This document shows positions 48,963 through 60,111 of a stretch of 64,000 nucleotides of DNA, piece by piece; position 1 is the first letter of the stretch; each line of letters begins with the position of its first letter. Made by a program: the position numbers and the translations under genes. A model generated the notes under the pieces. It saw nothing but the letters and a program-made list of their open reading frames with translations, was not told where the DNA came from and did not search any database. The stretch comes from an uncultured Chloroflexia bacterium (GTDB taxonomy: Bacteria; Chloroflexota; Limnocylindria; Limnocylindrales; CSP1-4): contig CAVTHS010000014.1 in the NCBI GenBank assembly GCA_963734535.1, positions 192,001 through 256,000 on the forward strand, given 5' to 3'.

Positions 48963-49700
48963 TCAGTCCTCCGGCATCCGGATCCAGCCCTGGCGCATGG
49001 CGTAGACCACGGCCTGGGTCCGGTCGTTGACGGAGAGCTTCCGAAGGATGGAGCTCATGTGGTTCTTGACCGTCTGCTCGCTGATCGAGAGCGCGTAGGC
49101 GACCTGCTTGTTGGTCATGCCCTGGGCGATGTTGTCAAGGATCTCCACCTCGCGCGGCGACAGCGGGGCGAAGATCGGGGCCGCCTCCTGGCCGTAGACG
49201 GCCAGCTCCCGGAACTCCTTGAGCACGCGGCTGGCCACGGCCGGCTTGGCGAAGACCTTGTCGTTGATCAGGAACTCGCCGTCGCTCACTCGCCGGATGA
49301 TCGTCACCAGGTCGTCCGGGCCGACGTTCTTGAGGATGAATGCCGCGGCCCCTGCGCGGATCGCCTGGAAGAGCGCCTCCTCGTCCTCGTCGGACGCGAG
49401 GATGATGATCCCGGTCGCGGGCAGGTCCCGCTTGATCCGCTGTGTCGCCTCGATCCCGCCGGGAGCCGGGAGCGAGAGGTCCATCAGGATGATCGCGGGA
49501 TCCGTCTCCAGGGCCGCGTCGTGGGCCGTGCGACCGTCCTCGGCCTCGCCCACGATCTCGAAGTCGGGCTCGCGCTCCAGGATCGCCCGCATGCCGACAC
49601 GGACCAGGGCGTGGTCGTCGACGATCAGGATGCGGATCCGTTCGCCCACCGCGCGCCGGTCGGGGCCGCCCCGCCGACGGTCGGGCCCACCATACGACAT
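48963..49700 (-). CDS. NarL/DegU-family response regulator (REC + LuxR HTH)
   Basis: IVDDH, LMDL, LK; LSPREVEIL..GMTNKQVA..ISEQTVKNHMSSILRKL. Confidence 0.95.
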   Translation of the reverse strand: MSYGGPDRRRGGPDRRAVGERIRILIVDDHALVRVGMRAILEREPDFEIVGEAEDGRTAHDAALETDPAIILMDLSLPAPGGIEATQRIKRDLPATGIIILASDEDEEALFQAIRAGAAAFILKNVGPDDLVTIIRRVSDGEFLINDKVFAKPAVASRVLKEFRELAVYGQEAAPIFAPLSPREVEILDNIAQGMTNKQVAYALSISEQTVKNHMSSILRKLSVNDRTQAVVYAMRQGWIRMPED

Positions 49701-49706
49701 GGACGC

Positions 49707-50781
49707 CTACCTCCTCACGATCCCGACGGGAATGGCGAGCCGGACCACGGTGCCCCCGGACGGGTGGGATCGTACCTCGAAGCGCGCGCCGATCAGCTCC
49801 GCCCGGTCGCGCATGAACTGCAGCCCGAAGCTGCGACGACCGCGGGCGCTCACGGCGTCGATGTCGAAGCCGCGCCCGTCGTCGGTCACCTCCAGCGTCC
49901 ACCCGTCGTCGTCGAGGCGGGTGCTCACTCGCACGACGCTTCGCCTCGGCGTGGCGGCGCACGTTCTGGAGGGCTTCCTGCATGACGCGGAGGACCACCA
50001 CCTGGCCCTCGTCGGAGAGCTGGCTGGCGGGCGCGGCAAGGTCCGTCTCGATCGTGGCGCCGGTGAGCGCACGCATCGTCGCGACGCCGTCCTCGATGGA
50101 TCCATCCAGCCCGAGCTCGGCCAGGAGCGGCGGGCGCAGCTGGGTGATGAAGGCGCGCACGTCGTCCAGCTGGCGGCGCAGGCGCTCCCGCAGGAAGCGA
50201 ATCTCCGCGCGCACGGTGCCCGGATCGGTGTCGAGGACCCGCTCGATGTAGTCGGCCTGGAAGATCGCGTTCACGAGCGCCTGCGCGGGGCCATCGTGGA
50301 CCTCCTGGGCCAGGCGGAGGCGCTCCGCCTCCCGGGCCTCGACCAGCCGCATCCGCAGGTCGTCGGGGAGGTCCGGCGCGGACGGGTCGCCCTGCAGCGT
50401 GGCATCGCCCCGTTCCAGGAAGAGCCACGTACGTTCCAGCCCGCGGACCGCAAGCTCCAGGCGCGAGAGCTCGGTCCCGCGCTCGCCCAGCTCGCTGGCC
50501 CCGAGGGCGACGGTCCGCCGAAGCCCGCCGGAATGGGTCGGTTCGCCGGTGGCCGTTCCATTGCCCGATGTTGCCCCGAGCGCGTCGAGCTCCTCGCGGT
50601 CCAGCTCGTCGTGCTCGGCGTGCCACGACGCGAGGTCCGCGTGGTACGCCTCGCGATACTGCTCGGTGAGGGCGCGCAGCGTGTTGGCGGCATAGCCAAG
50701 CGCGGACTTGGCCTCCGCGTAGACGCTGTCGAAGCGGCCCGTCCCGACATCCCCGGCCCCGATCTCGGCGCTCATCTCCAT
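49707..50781 (-). CDS. DegS-like cytoplasmic sensor histidine kinase (frameshift ~49935)
   Basis: ERLRLAQEVHDGPAQ, QEALQNVRRHA, DDGRGFD, FGLQFMRDRAE; no TM segment. Confidence 0.9.
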
Positions 50782-50798
50782 CGCAGTATACGGGCCGG

Positions 50799-52463
50799 TC
50801 ATGGGCACGCGACCCGGTAGACGGTGAAGTCCGCGGTTCCGGCTGGCGTGCCAGGCGCGGGCGGGAGCGCGACCTGGCGCCAGGCAGCGGGCGTCGGGGT
50901 CCGTCGCGAGGCGGGCCGGCCAGGTGCCGTGCGTCCCGTCCAGGACCACGTAGCGGGCATTGAACGTCCGGGCGATCTCCAGCACGCTCGAGACGGGCTC
51001 GTCCGGGAGCGCCAGGGCGTGGACGCGGTTCGCCTCGGCGACCCAGATCGGGTGGTTGGCGATCACCGGGACGTTCGGGTCCAGCGGATCGCCCAGGGCC
51101 GCGAAGCGGGCTGTCAGCGCCGCGTAGCGCGCCTCCGTCCCGGCGGCGTTGCTGCCGTACGAGGGAATCCCGAGGCCCAGGAAGAGGAGCGCACCCGCGC
51201 CGGCGAAGAGCGGGCCGAGCCACGCAACGGGCCGCGTCCACCCACGTCTCCGCCCGACCCATGCGAGTCCCGGCGTCGAGCACGGCAAGCCCGCTGACGA
51301 TCAGCAGGACGTGCGCCGGCGCCGCCGCGTGGAGGTACGTGCCCCACGTGGTCTGGACGGGGAAGACGAGCGTCGTGATCGCGAACGTCGCCACCGCGGA
51401 GACGACCAGCAGGCGGAGCGCCCGGCAGCGTGCGACCCACGGCAGTCCGGCGAGGCCGACCGCGGCCACGGGAATGCCCGGCAGCACGAGCACGCTCACG
51501 AGGTTGTGCCAGAAGCCGCCGACGCGATCATCCAGCCAGGCGGCCGGGCCTGCGGCCAGGTAGCCGGCCAGGGTCGCCGGCTCCTTCCAGGCGAAGATCT
51601 CGAAGCCGCTGATCGCCCACGCGTTGGTGATGGCCTGTCCCGGCAGCGGGCTGCCGAAGACGATCGCCTGCCGGACCAGCCAGGGCGCGACGACCGCGAT
51701 GGCCACGACGGCCGGCACCAGCACCAGCCGGGCGCGCATCGCCCGGCTCTCCCGGACCGTGCGCCCGTCCGGCCCCTGCCACCAGGCCAGCGCAGCCCAC
51801 GCGAGCGCGATCCAGATCGCCTCGTTCCGGGTCAGCGCGGCCAGGCCGAGCGCCAGCCCGAGTCCGACCAGGCGCGGATCGCGCACCCGGGCGCCGCGGG
51901 GCTCGCGGAGGAGGCGGGTCCCCAGGAGACAGGCGGCCAGCGCCGCGACCCCGAACGGGACCGTCGAGTCCAGCAGTGCCGACGGCAGCACGAGCGGCAG
52001 CACCACCGCGGACACGAGCCCGCTCCCGAGCCCGAGCGTGCGCGCCCGCTCGCCGGACAGCCCGCGCTCGGCCGCAAGATCCGCGCCGATCCGCCAGGCG
52101 AGGACGGGGATCACGGACCCGAGCAGGACCGGCACCGCCAGGGTTGCCGCATACGACGTCGAGCCGAGCAGCAGCATCGGGACCGCGGCGAGGAGCGTCG
52201 GGAGCGGCAGCCAGATCTCGAATGCCGGGCGGGGGAACGAAGAGTCCGAATGTCCCGGTTGCCGCGTCGCGCGCCGGCGTGACATAGCTCCAGAGCGCAT
52301 TGGAGGTGAGCCCGTTGCCGTCGACGAGGTTGCGGGCCGCGCCCCAGTAGTACGTGGCGTCCTCGGGGATCGGAAAGGGCACCTGCGCAGCCGCCCACGC
52401 GCGGACCAGCAGCGCGACGACGAACACGAGCCCGGCGCTCAGCCAGGCCTCCCGGCGGGTCAC
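50799..52463 (-). CDS. GT-C (GT39/PMT-like) membrane glycosyltransferase, frameshifted
   Basis: LLVR..PEDATYY..ARNL..G.G, W.PL, LAALTRNEA, GTYLH; paralog of next gene. Confidence 0.72.
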
Positions 52464-52470
52464 GACACGC

Positions 52471-54159
52471 TCAGGGCAGGCTGCTGGTGCCAGGCCCGGC
52501 GACGGCCGCGCCCGCGCACCGGGGATCGTCCGGCGCGACGCAGACCGGGTAGACGGCGACGTCGACCGCGCCGGGCGGGCGCGCGACACCGTCGGCCGAG
52601 GCAGCTGCGGGCCGGGAGGCCACCGGCGGCCCGATCCACGCGGGCCGGGCGGCGCCGTCGAGGATCGGCGCGACCGCGGAGACCGCGTCGGAGCGCTCCA
52701 GGATCAGCCACCGGACCTGGTAGGCGCGGGCGACCTGCTCGATCGTCGGGAGTGGATCGTTCACGAGGACGACGCCGCCCCGGCCGCTCCAGTAGCGCGT
52801 GCCCGACGCGTCGATCGACATCACGCGGTCCGTGATCGGTGCACCGGCCGCGTCCAGGGCGGCCGCGGCGAACTGGTGGTCGGCGACGCGGCTCGCCCAG
52901 ACCGCGTGCGTCGTCAGCGAGGCAACCGCTGCCGCGACCACGGCGAACGCCACCGCGGCGCCCGAGAAGAACCGCGTCGCCTGGTCCGCGTCCCAGCCCC
53001 GCCGGCGGGCCGCCACCCATCCGACCGACGCGGCGATTCCCTCCATCACGAGCACGTACGAGTGCGGCGCCAGCCCGATCGCCGAGTGGATGAACGTCCC
53101 GCCCGGCACGTGCACGGCGAACACCAGGGCATTGAAGGCGAACAGGATGCCGGCGTAGAGGAATGCCGGCGAGAAGTCCGGCGATCGCCGCCGAGCCCAG
53201 CCGCCGACCAGCATGAACGGGACCAGGATGACGCCCCCCACCAGCACGGCGTAGATGGTCACGGCCGCGACCAGGCCGCCGATCCGGCTCGCGATCAGCG
53301 GGCCCAGCCCCTGCCCAAGGAAGTGGTCCAGCGTGGCGGGGATCGTCAGGCTGTTCCACTCGGAGAACTGCGTGATCAGCAGCACCTTGCCGGTGGACGA
53401 GGACGGCGACAGGCTGCCGAACACCTCGAGCTGGCGGGCGAACCACGGCCCGGCGACCAGCAGGAACAGCCCCGCGCAGGCGACCCCGGCCCACATCGGG
53501 ATCGCCGGCCGCCTGGAGCCGCGGCTCCGCCAGGCTCGCCAGCGGTCGACGAGGAAGAGAAGCCCCAGCGTCACTCCGACCAGGATGCCGTCCGAACGGG
53601 CCAGGGTCGCCAGGCCGACGAGCGCGCCGGCAACGGCGAAGCTCCGGCCGTGACCCTTGAGACCGCGCCCTCCGGCCCAGAGCGCGCCGACCACCAGCGG
53701 CTGGTAGAGCCCGAAGTTGTCGGGCTGGGACATGAACGGGGCCGCGAGGACCGGGATCGCGGTCAGGAGGCCGGCTCCGATGGCCACCCGCTCGCTCGCC
53801 CCGGCGTCGCGCGCCAGCGCCCACGCCATCGGCGCCGAGAGCGCGCCGAGCAGGATGAAGGGCAGCGACGACGCCAGCGCCGTCGGCCCCAGGAGCCAGA
53901 TGAACGGGACCTGGACGATCGACGCCAGCGGCATCCAGTGCGCGTTGGCCGGGATGGGCAGGACCGGGTTGGCGGGGATCTTCCCCCCGACCTCCACGAA
54001 GATCCAGATGAAGTCGATGTTGAACCCGTGTCCCGCCGCCAGGCTCCGCGCGACGTCCACGTAGTAGTACGAGTCGGGGTACGCGGGATCCGGGAAATGC
54101 AGGAACAGGAGCGCCCGGACCGCGACGGCAAGCGCGAAGAGCAGGAATGGCTTCCGCAC
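52471..54159 (-). CDS. GT-C (GT39/PMT-like) membrane glycosyltransferase
   Basis: AVR..YPDSYYYVDVARSLAAGHGF, HWMPL, LATLARSDG, GTFIH. Confidence 0.75.
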   Translation of the reverse strand: MRKPFLLFALAVAVRALLFLHFPDPAYPDSYYYVDVARSLAAGHGFNIDFIWIFVEVGGKIPANPVLPIPANAHWMPLASIVQVPFIWLLGPTALASSLPFILLGALSAPMAWALARDAGASERVAIGAGLLTAIPVLAAPFMSQPDNFGLYQPLVVGALWAGGRGLKGHGRSFAVAGALVGLATLARSDGILVGVTLGLLFLVDRWRAWRSRGSRRPAIPMWAGVACAGLFLLVAGPWFARQLEVFGSLSPSSSTGKVLLITQFSEWNSLTIPATLDHFLGQGLGPLIASRIGGLVAAVTIYAVLVGGVILVPFMLVGGWARRRSPDFSPAFLYAGILFAFNALVFAVHVPGGTFIHSAIGLAPHSYVLVMEGIAASVGWVAARRRGWDADQATRFFSGAAVAFAVVAAAVASLTTHAVWASRVADHQFAAAALDAAGAPITDRVMSIDASGTRYWSGRGGVVLVNDPLPTIEQVARAYQVRWLILERSDAVSAVAPILDGAARPAWIGPPVASRPAAASADGVARPPGAVDVAVYPVCVAPDDPRCAGAAVAGPGTSSLP

Positions 54160-54211
54160 GATGGTGCACGGTAGCACCGGCCAAGCCCGGCAGGGGACCC
54201 GTACGGATGGG

Positions 54212-55273
54212 CTACGCAGCCGCTCCGACAGAAGGCGCTGCCTCGGGCAGTCCCACGCTCGCGCCGGCCGCTCGACGCTCCCGGACCGCGAGGGACGCGA
54301 CCATGATCCCGGCCGCATAGAACGGCAGTGGGTGCGTCGTCGCGATCGGCGAGATCGCCACGAGGACGAGGGCCAGCACCGGGGCGAGCGGCCCAATGGC
54401 CGGCAAGGCCAGCACGAGGGGGAGCGCGCCATAGGTGCCGACGTACGGCGCGAGCAGGATGCCAGACGCCACGGCCCAGGTCAGCCCGACGCGCGCCCCA
54501 CGACGTGCCAGGACAAGGAGGAGGGCCACGAGTGTCACCGCCGCGACCGGCGCCCATAGCGACGGTGCGAGCGCCGTGACTCCGTGGTTCCCTGCGAACG
54601 GCTCGGCATACTGCCCACCCGCCACGAGTGCCTCCGCCCACGCGAAATAGGCCGACGGGCCGGCAATCAGCAGTCCGGCCGCCGTTGCGGCGACGCCTGA
54701 TACAACGGTGCCCGCGAACACGGGCCTTCGGAACACGAGGAGCCAGAGGAGGACCGGCGCCAGCAGCGGCTTGGCGAAGACCGCAGTTGCGACGCCCAGC
54801 AGCACGCCGCTCCGGGGCGTGGACCGCGCAAAGACCGCCACGGCCATCGCCCCAACCAGCAGGACATTCGCGTTTCCGAGCATGACGTCGTGCAGGAACG
54901 GGAGCGAGAAGACCAGCCCGACGACCCCGAGGACTCGGTCCGGTGGCCGCCACCCGGGCGTCAGGGCGCGCACGGCGATCACGGCGAGGACGACCTTGAG
55001 GGCAGCGTAGGCCAGGCTCACGGGAAACGGGTCGAGGAGCGCCAGTGGCCGGCCGACGACCGCGGCCAGCGGTGGATAGAGGAACTTCGGGTCGGTATAC
55101 AGCAATTGGCCCGTCCCGAGGCGCGTGCCCGCATCCACCACGAGGTGCAGGTCAATTGCCCACCAGCTGGGTCCCCGGAGGGACTCGCCGATCCAGCCCG
55201 CCAGCTCGCCGAGGCCGAAGATCGCGAGGAAGGCGACGGTGCCGAACCACGCGAGGCGCATGCGAGCAGACAT
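54212..55273 (-). CDS. GT87/DUF2029-like membrane glycosyltransferase
   Basis: AID..G..LY..FLYPPL, LGNAN, AKP. Confidence 0.8.
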   Translation of the reverse strand: MSARMRLAWFGTVAFLAIFGLGELAGWIGESLRGPSWWAIDLHLVVDAGTRLGTGQLLYTDPKFLYPPLAAVVGRPLALLDPFPVSLAYAALKVVLAVIAVRALTPGWRPPDRVLGVVGLVFSLPFLHDVMLGNANVLLVGAMAVAVFARSTPRSGVLLGVATAVFAKPLLAPVLLWLLVFRRPVFAGTVVSGVAATAAGLLIAGPSAYFAWAEALVAGGQYAEPFAGNHGVTALAPSLWAPVAAVTLVALLLVLARRGARVGLTWAVASGILLAPYVGTYGALPLVLALPAIGPLAPVLALVLVAISPIATTHPLPFYAAGIMVASLAVRERRAAGASVGLPEAAPSVGAAA

Positions 55274-55370
55274 ACGACCGACGGTACCTCCGTCCCACTT
55301 CCGTTGACGTGGCGCAACCGTACACTCCCGGGGTGCCCGGACGTCCCGGGTGGCGAGGTGCCGCAGCGCG

Positions 55371-56232
55371 ATGACGGGCGCCCTTCGTGCGATCGATCAC
55401 GCGCTGGACCGCGCAGGGGTGGTACTTGCGCGTTTCGCCCGGCCCGTGCGGGACGGCCTGGTCGTCGCCGGCCTTGCGCGGGCCGCGTACTACTTCTTCG
55501 TCCAGGGAATCCAACCCTGGACCTTCATTGGCGTCGACGCGCGCGCGTACTGGCAGGTGGACCTCGCGCATCCCTACGCCGGTTCCGGGGTCGGGGACGT
55601 CTCTACGTACCTCTATTCGCCGGCCTTCGCGCAGGTCATGTCGCCGCTCTCTGCGCTGCCCTTTCCGGTCTTCGACGTCCTCTGGACCGCCCTGCTCCTG
55701 GGTGTGTGCGCCTGGTTGATCCGGCCATGGCCGTGGGCGGCGCTGATCCTGTTCCTGCCGGTGAGCTACGAGCTGCTCGTCGGCAACGTGCACTTCCTGA
55801 TCGCGGCGGCGATCGTCCTCGGGTTCCGAGCACCCGCGACCTGGGTCTTCCCGATCCTGACGAAGGTGACGCCGGGCCTCGGCATCCTGTGGTTCGCGGT
55901 GCGGCGCGAGTGGCGGGCGCTCGCGATCGCCCTCGGCTGCACCGCCGCGATCGTGGCTGTCTCCTTCGCTCTCGCGCCATCGGCCTGGGCGGACTGGTTC
56001 ACGTTCCTCGCGGCGTCGCCGGGGCGGAGCCAGCTGCTGGTCCCGCGCACGGTGATCGCCGCGATCCTCGTCGCCTTCGGGGCCGTCACCGGCCGGCGCT
56101 GGCTCGTCCCCGTCGCTGTCTGGCTTGCGCTGCCGATCGTCTGGGTGAACTCGTGGGTCATCCTGCTGGCAACGATCCGGCTGCGTGGCAAGGTCCGGCA
56201 CGAAGCACCGACGCCGGGCGACACGAGCATGA
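55371..56232 (+). CDS. GT87/DUF2029-like membrane glycosyltransferase (3' end uncertain)
   Basis: DARAYW, YLYSPAFAQ, GNVH, LTKVTPG. Confidence 0.78.
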
Positions 56233-57301
56233 CCCTCCAGTCTCGGGCGCTCGTCCATGGCCCCCCGTCCCGCCCTGATTCGGGCTCGCATTCCTCACGG
56301 TCCTTGTCGGCGCCTTCGCGATCGTGCGGGCCGCGCAGAACGTGTGGGCCGTGGACGCACATCGGAACCTCGCGGCCGCGGTCGCACTTCAGAACGGCAC
56401 CTTCGGGTCCGTCCCGGACTACCTCTACTCACCGCTCGCGGCCGCCCTGACGGTCCCTGCCCTTGCGCTGCCAACGGACGTTGCTGTCGTCGCGTGGCTC
56501 GCCATCAAGATCGTGTTGCTCGCTGTCGGCACCGCCATCGCGACCCGCGGCCTCGACCGCGTGGACAGGTGGCTCCTGGGCGTCGCGTCGTCGGCTTCCT
56601 GCCCATCCTCTACGACCTCGAGCTCGGCAACGTCACGGTGCTCGTGCTCGTTGCCGTGGCCGCAATCGCATGGACGCCGGACCGAATGGCGACTGGCATC
56701 CCGCTGGGCCTGATCCTGGCGACCGCCCCGAAGCCGCAGCTCATCCCGGTCCTCGTCTGGCTCGTCGTGGCGCATCGACAGGCGCTGATCGGTGCGGTCG
56801 CAACGGCGACTTTGGTCACGCTGGTCGGGCTCGCGCTCACCGGACTGGGAGCGTACGGGGCCTGGGTCGATGCGCTCCGGGCGCCCGCCTACCTCAACAG
56901 TGGCGAGGTGATCAACCTGGCGCTCTGGTCCCTGCCTCCTCTCGTCGCACTTCCTTGTGTGGTCGCGGCCATCGCCGCCTTCGTCGTCGCGCTTCGACGC
57001 GGCTACTGGCCCGGCCTCGTCGCTGCGATATGCCTTGGGCTCCTCGTGGCGCCATACACGCTGATCTACGCGGCAGGTCTGCTTCCCGTTGTGGCTCCGG
57101 CAGCTGGCACGGGCGTCGCCCCGCGCTGCCCTCGGGTTGGCGATCACTGCGCCCGTGGCCCTCGTGATCGCATTCCCCGCGTGGGTCGGCCTGGTGCTCG
57201 CGTTCGCGGTGCTCATGCCCGCGGCGGCGTGGCCGTCGCGGAGTGTCGCGATTCCGACGTCTCGGCCAAGTGAACGTGCACGCCCAACTGCGCCGCGATG
57301 A
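56229..57301 (+). CDS. GT87/DUF2029-like membrane glycosyltransferase (several frameshifts)
   Basis: AVDAH, YLYSPL, DLELGNV, PKPQ, spread over ORFs 56324, 56257 and 57089. Confidence 0.7.
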
Positions 57302-58092
57302 GTACGTCGCCCCGACCCCGGCGCGGCTACCCTGCGGACATCGTCACTCGGTATCGCACCTCCCGTTGGCTGGGCCCGCTGGCTGTTGGACTGCTCGGGG
57401 CGGCCGGAATCGTCTTCGTGTGGGCGCTTCTCGGCCCCTTCGGGCGAGCGAACCTGGATTGGGATCGCGCCCATTACCTGGCCGCCACGGCTCGATGGCT
57501 CGACACGGGAACCCCTTACCTGGCCTCGGAGGTGGCAGCTCCGTTCGACTATCAACCCGACACGTTCCTGCACCCACCGGTCGCCCTGATCCTGTTCCTG
57601 CCGTTCAGGTCGCTTCCGGCGCTTGTCTGGTACGTGATCCCCATCGCCATCGTCACGGTCCTTGTCGTCAAGTGGCGCCCCGCGCGGTGGACCTGGCCGA
57701 TCATGGCCGCCTGCCTGGCGTGGCCCAGGACATCGGGCATGCTCATCGTCGGCAACACGGATCTCTGGGTCGCGGCGTTCGTGGCGCTCGGCCTGTCCTG
57801 GGGCTGGGGCTGGGCACTGGTCGCGCTGAAGCCCTCGTTCGCGCCGTTGGCCCTGCTCGGCGTGCGTCAACGTGCCTTCTGGATCGCGGTCGCGGTCGTC
57901 GGTGCGGTCTCGATCCCGTTCGGTCGACTCTGGCTCGACTGGTTCAGCGTCGTCGTGCACGCGCCCGGCGGCATCCTGTACTCCATCCTGGGGTTGCCCC
58001 TCGTCCTCCTGCCCGCGGTCGCCTACGCGGGACGGACCCGCGACGGTGCGCTGGAACGGTTGGCAGCCCGGACCCTCGGCGTCGGCTCGTAG
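57298..58092 (+). CDS. Short GT87-like membrane protein
   Basis: DRAHY..G.PY, FLHPP, GNTD, LKP. Confidence 0.7.
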   Translation: MSTSPRPRRGYPADIVTRYRTSRWLGPLAVGLLGAAGIVFVWALLGPFGRANLDWDRAHYLAATARWLDTGTPYLASEVAAPFDYQPDTFLHPPVALILFLPFRSLPALVWYVIPIAIVTVLVVKWRPARWTWPIMAACLAWPRTSGMLIVGNTDLWVAAFVALGLSWGWGWALVALKPSFAPLALLGVRQRAFWIAVAVVGAVSIPFGRLWLDWFSVVVHAPGGILYSILGLPLVLLPAVAYAGRTRDGALERLAARTLGVGS

Positions 58093-58102
58093 ACTGACGT
58101 CC

Positions 58103-58905
58103 GTGACAGTCCGAGTCGCTCACGATCGTTCTCCCCGCATACAACGAGGAGGCACGACTTGGGCCTGCGCTGGACGAGCTGTTCGGCTATCTCGGTCGGC
58201 ACGGCACAAAGGGCCGCGACGGGGCGCCCGGCGCTGCCGGGCTGCCGGCGCGACGATCCGGGTCCTCGTCGTCGACGACGGAAGCACGGACGACACGGCG
58301 GCCCTGGTGCGGGCGCGGCCGGAGGCGGCACGAGCGGGAGCGCCGGCCACCCCCACCTGGAACTGCTCTCGATGCCCCACGGCGGGAAGGGCGCTGCAGT
58401 CCGGGCCGGCATGCTGGCCGCGGACGACGGACCTCGTGCTCTTCGCGGACGCGGACATGGCTACCCCGCCGGACCAGATCCCGCTGCTGGTCGCCGCCCT
58501 CGTGGACCACGACCTCGCGCTGGGCAGCCGGATCCAGCCGGACGGCTCCGACATGCGGGCGAGCCAGCCAGCATACCGCCGCCTGTTGGGCAGGGCGTTC
58601 CACGTCCTCGCCTCGGCCTGGGCCGTCGGCCCGGTGCAGGACACGCAGTGCGGCTTCAAGGGTTTCACCCGCGAGGCGGCCCACGATCTGTTCGCCCGCC
58701 AGGCGATCACGAGCATCGTGTTCGACGTCGAGGTGATCTACCTCGCCCGCCGACGCGGCTACCGGATCGCCGTCGTGCCGATCCGCTGGGCGGACAGGCG
58801 GGGCTCGCGGATGCACCCGGGGCCTGGCCTTGCCGCTCCGGGTTGCCTGGGACCTGTTCCGGGTCGCGGCTGATCCATCGGCACGTGCCCCGCCGGCCGG
58901 CGTGA
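58103..58905 (+). CDS. GT2 polyprenol/dolichol-phosphate glycosyltransferase (frameshifted)
   Basis: IVLPAYNEEARL, VDDGSTD, GKGAAVRAG, FADAD, DTQCGFKGF, FDVE. Confidence 0.88.
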
Positions 58906-59970
58906 ACGGACGGCGGCACCGGTCGTGGCCCTGCGAGAAACGGGGCCACGACGCCAGCAACCGCGACCAGGCCCAGCGTCTCCGCCGGGAGCCATCCGAG
59001 GAGAGGCAGTGCATAGCCCCACCAGTGGCCGCGGTTGGCGACATATGCGGCCGGGATGAGGAGCGCGACCAGGTAGTGCGGATGGAAGAACGGCGCGAAG
59101 AGGAGGCTGCTGGCCAGCGCGACGACCACCGTGAGTTCCGGGTCGCGTCGCCGGGCCGCCACCGTGACCGCGATCACCGCGCCGGCGATCCTCGCCAGCA
59201 TGACAACCGTTGCCCAGGACCCCGGGAAGCCCAACGCGACAAGCGGCGATCCCAGCGAGAAGTTGTGCGGGCCGGAGCTGACGTTGCCCAGTCCGCGGAG
59301 GATCATCAGGTAGTCGATCCATCCGGCGATGCCGACGAATGGCAGCGTCGCGATGGCAATGACGACGCCGGACGCGACTGCACCGGCAATCGAGCGGAAA
59401 CGGCCCGTCAGGATCCACGCGACTCCGACGATGCCGAATGGCTGGCGGACCGTCAGCGCGATCGCGAGTGCGACGCCGGCCCATCGAGTCCCGTTCCAGC
59501 GCCAGATGGCTGCCCCGACGGTAAACAGCACCACGCTGAGGTTCCCCAGGTTGAGGTCGTACAGGACAGGAAACGACGCGCTCGCGATGAACCACACGAC
59601 GAGGCGGACGTCCCGCCGCACTGGCAGGATCGAACACCCCAGCCCCAACAGGAGGACCCTTCCCACGAACCAGGCAAGCGGCGCGGCGCCCACCGGAAGA
59701 CCGGCCATCGGAATCAAGGCTATTGCGAGGGGTGGGGCGTAGAGGTACAGGCCGCCATAGGCGCCCGAGTTGTAGGCTTCGGCAACCCCGGGCGGGTAGA
59801 GCGCCGCACCGGCGGCGAGCCGCCGGGCGGCCGAATCGTATGCAAGGTAGTCGTAGGCGAATCCGGCGCTGCCGATGAACAGGAACGCCGAGGTGATGAG
59901 CACGGCCACTCCGGGGCTGCCATCAGCCACGGGAGCAGCCGCGTCAGCGCGACCGCGACTGGCGGGCCAT
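58870..59970 (-). CDS. GT87/DUF2029-like membrane glycosyltransferase (ends approximate)
   Basis: YDYLAY..AARRL..G..LY, YLYAPPL, DLNLGNL, HPHY. Confidence 0.78.
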
Positions 59971-60111
59971 GGGGAGCGATGATACGGTGTCGCCTTGGAC
60001 TGATCCGTTGCGACGCGTGAACAGTGATCGTGATGCGCCAGCCGCCGGCCGGTTCGTAGCTTCCGTCCTGAATCCCCCGACCTTCGCGACGTCGCTCGCC
60101 GCCCGGGGCCA

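Noticed and set aside
49135-52300. Apparent glycosyltransferase-kinase fusions in ORFs 49135..51288 and 49925..52300
   Set aside because: Produced by frameshifts and read-through; the GT has its own stop at 50799 and the kinase has its own start and TATACT -10.
59950-59980. GCGACTGGCG..GGGGAGCG resembling a ZTP (pfl) riboswitch core
   Set aside because: No P1 pairing or downstream CGCCTGGGC element; it overlaps the start of a minus-strand GT gene and no purine or folate gene follows.
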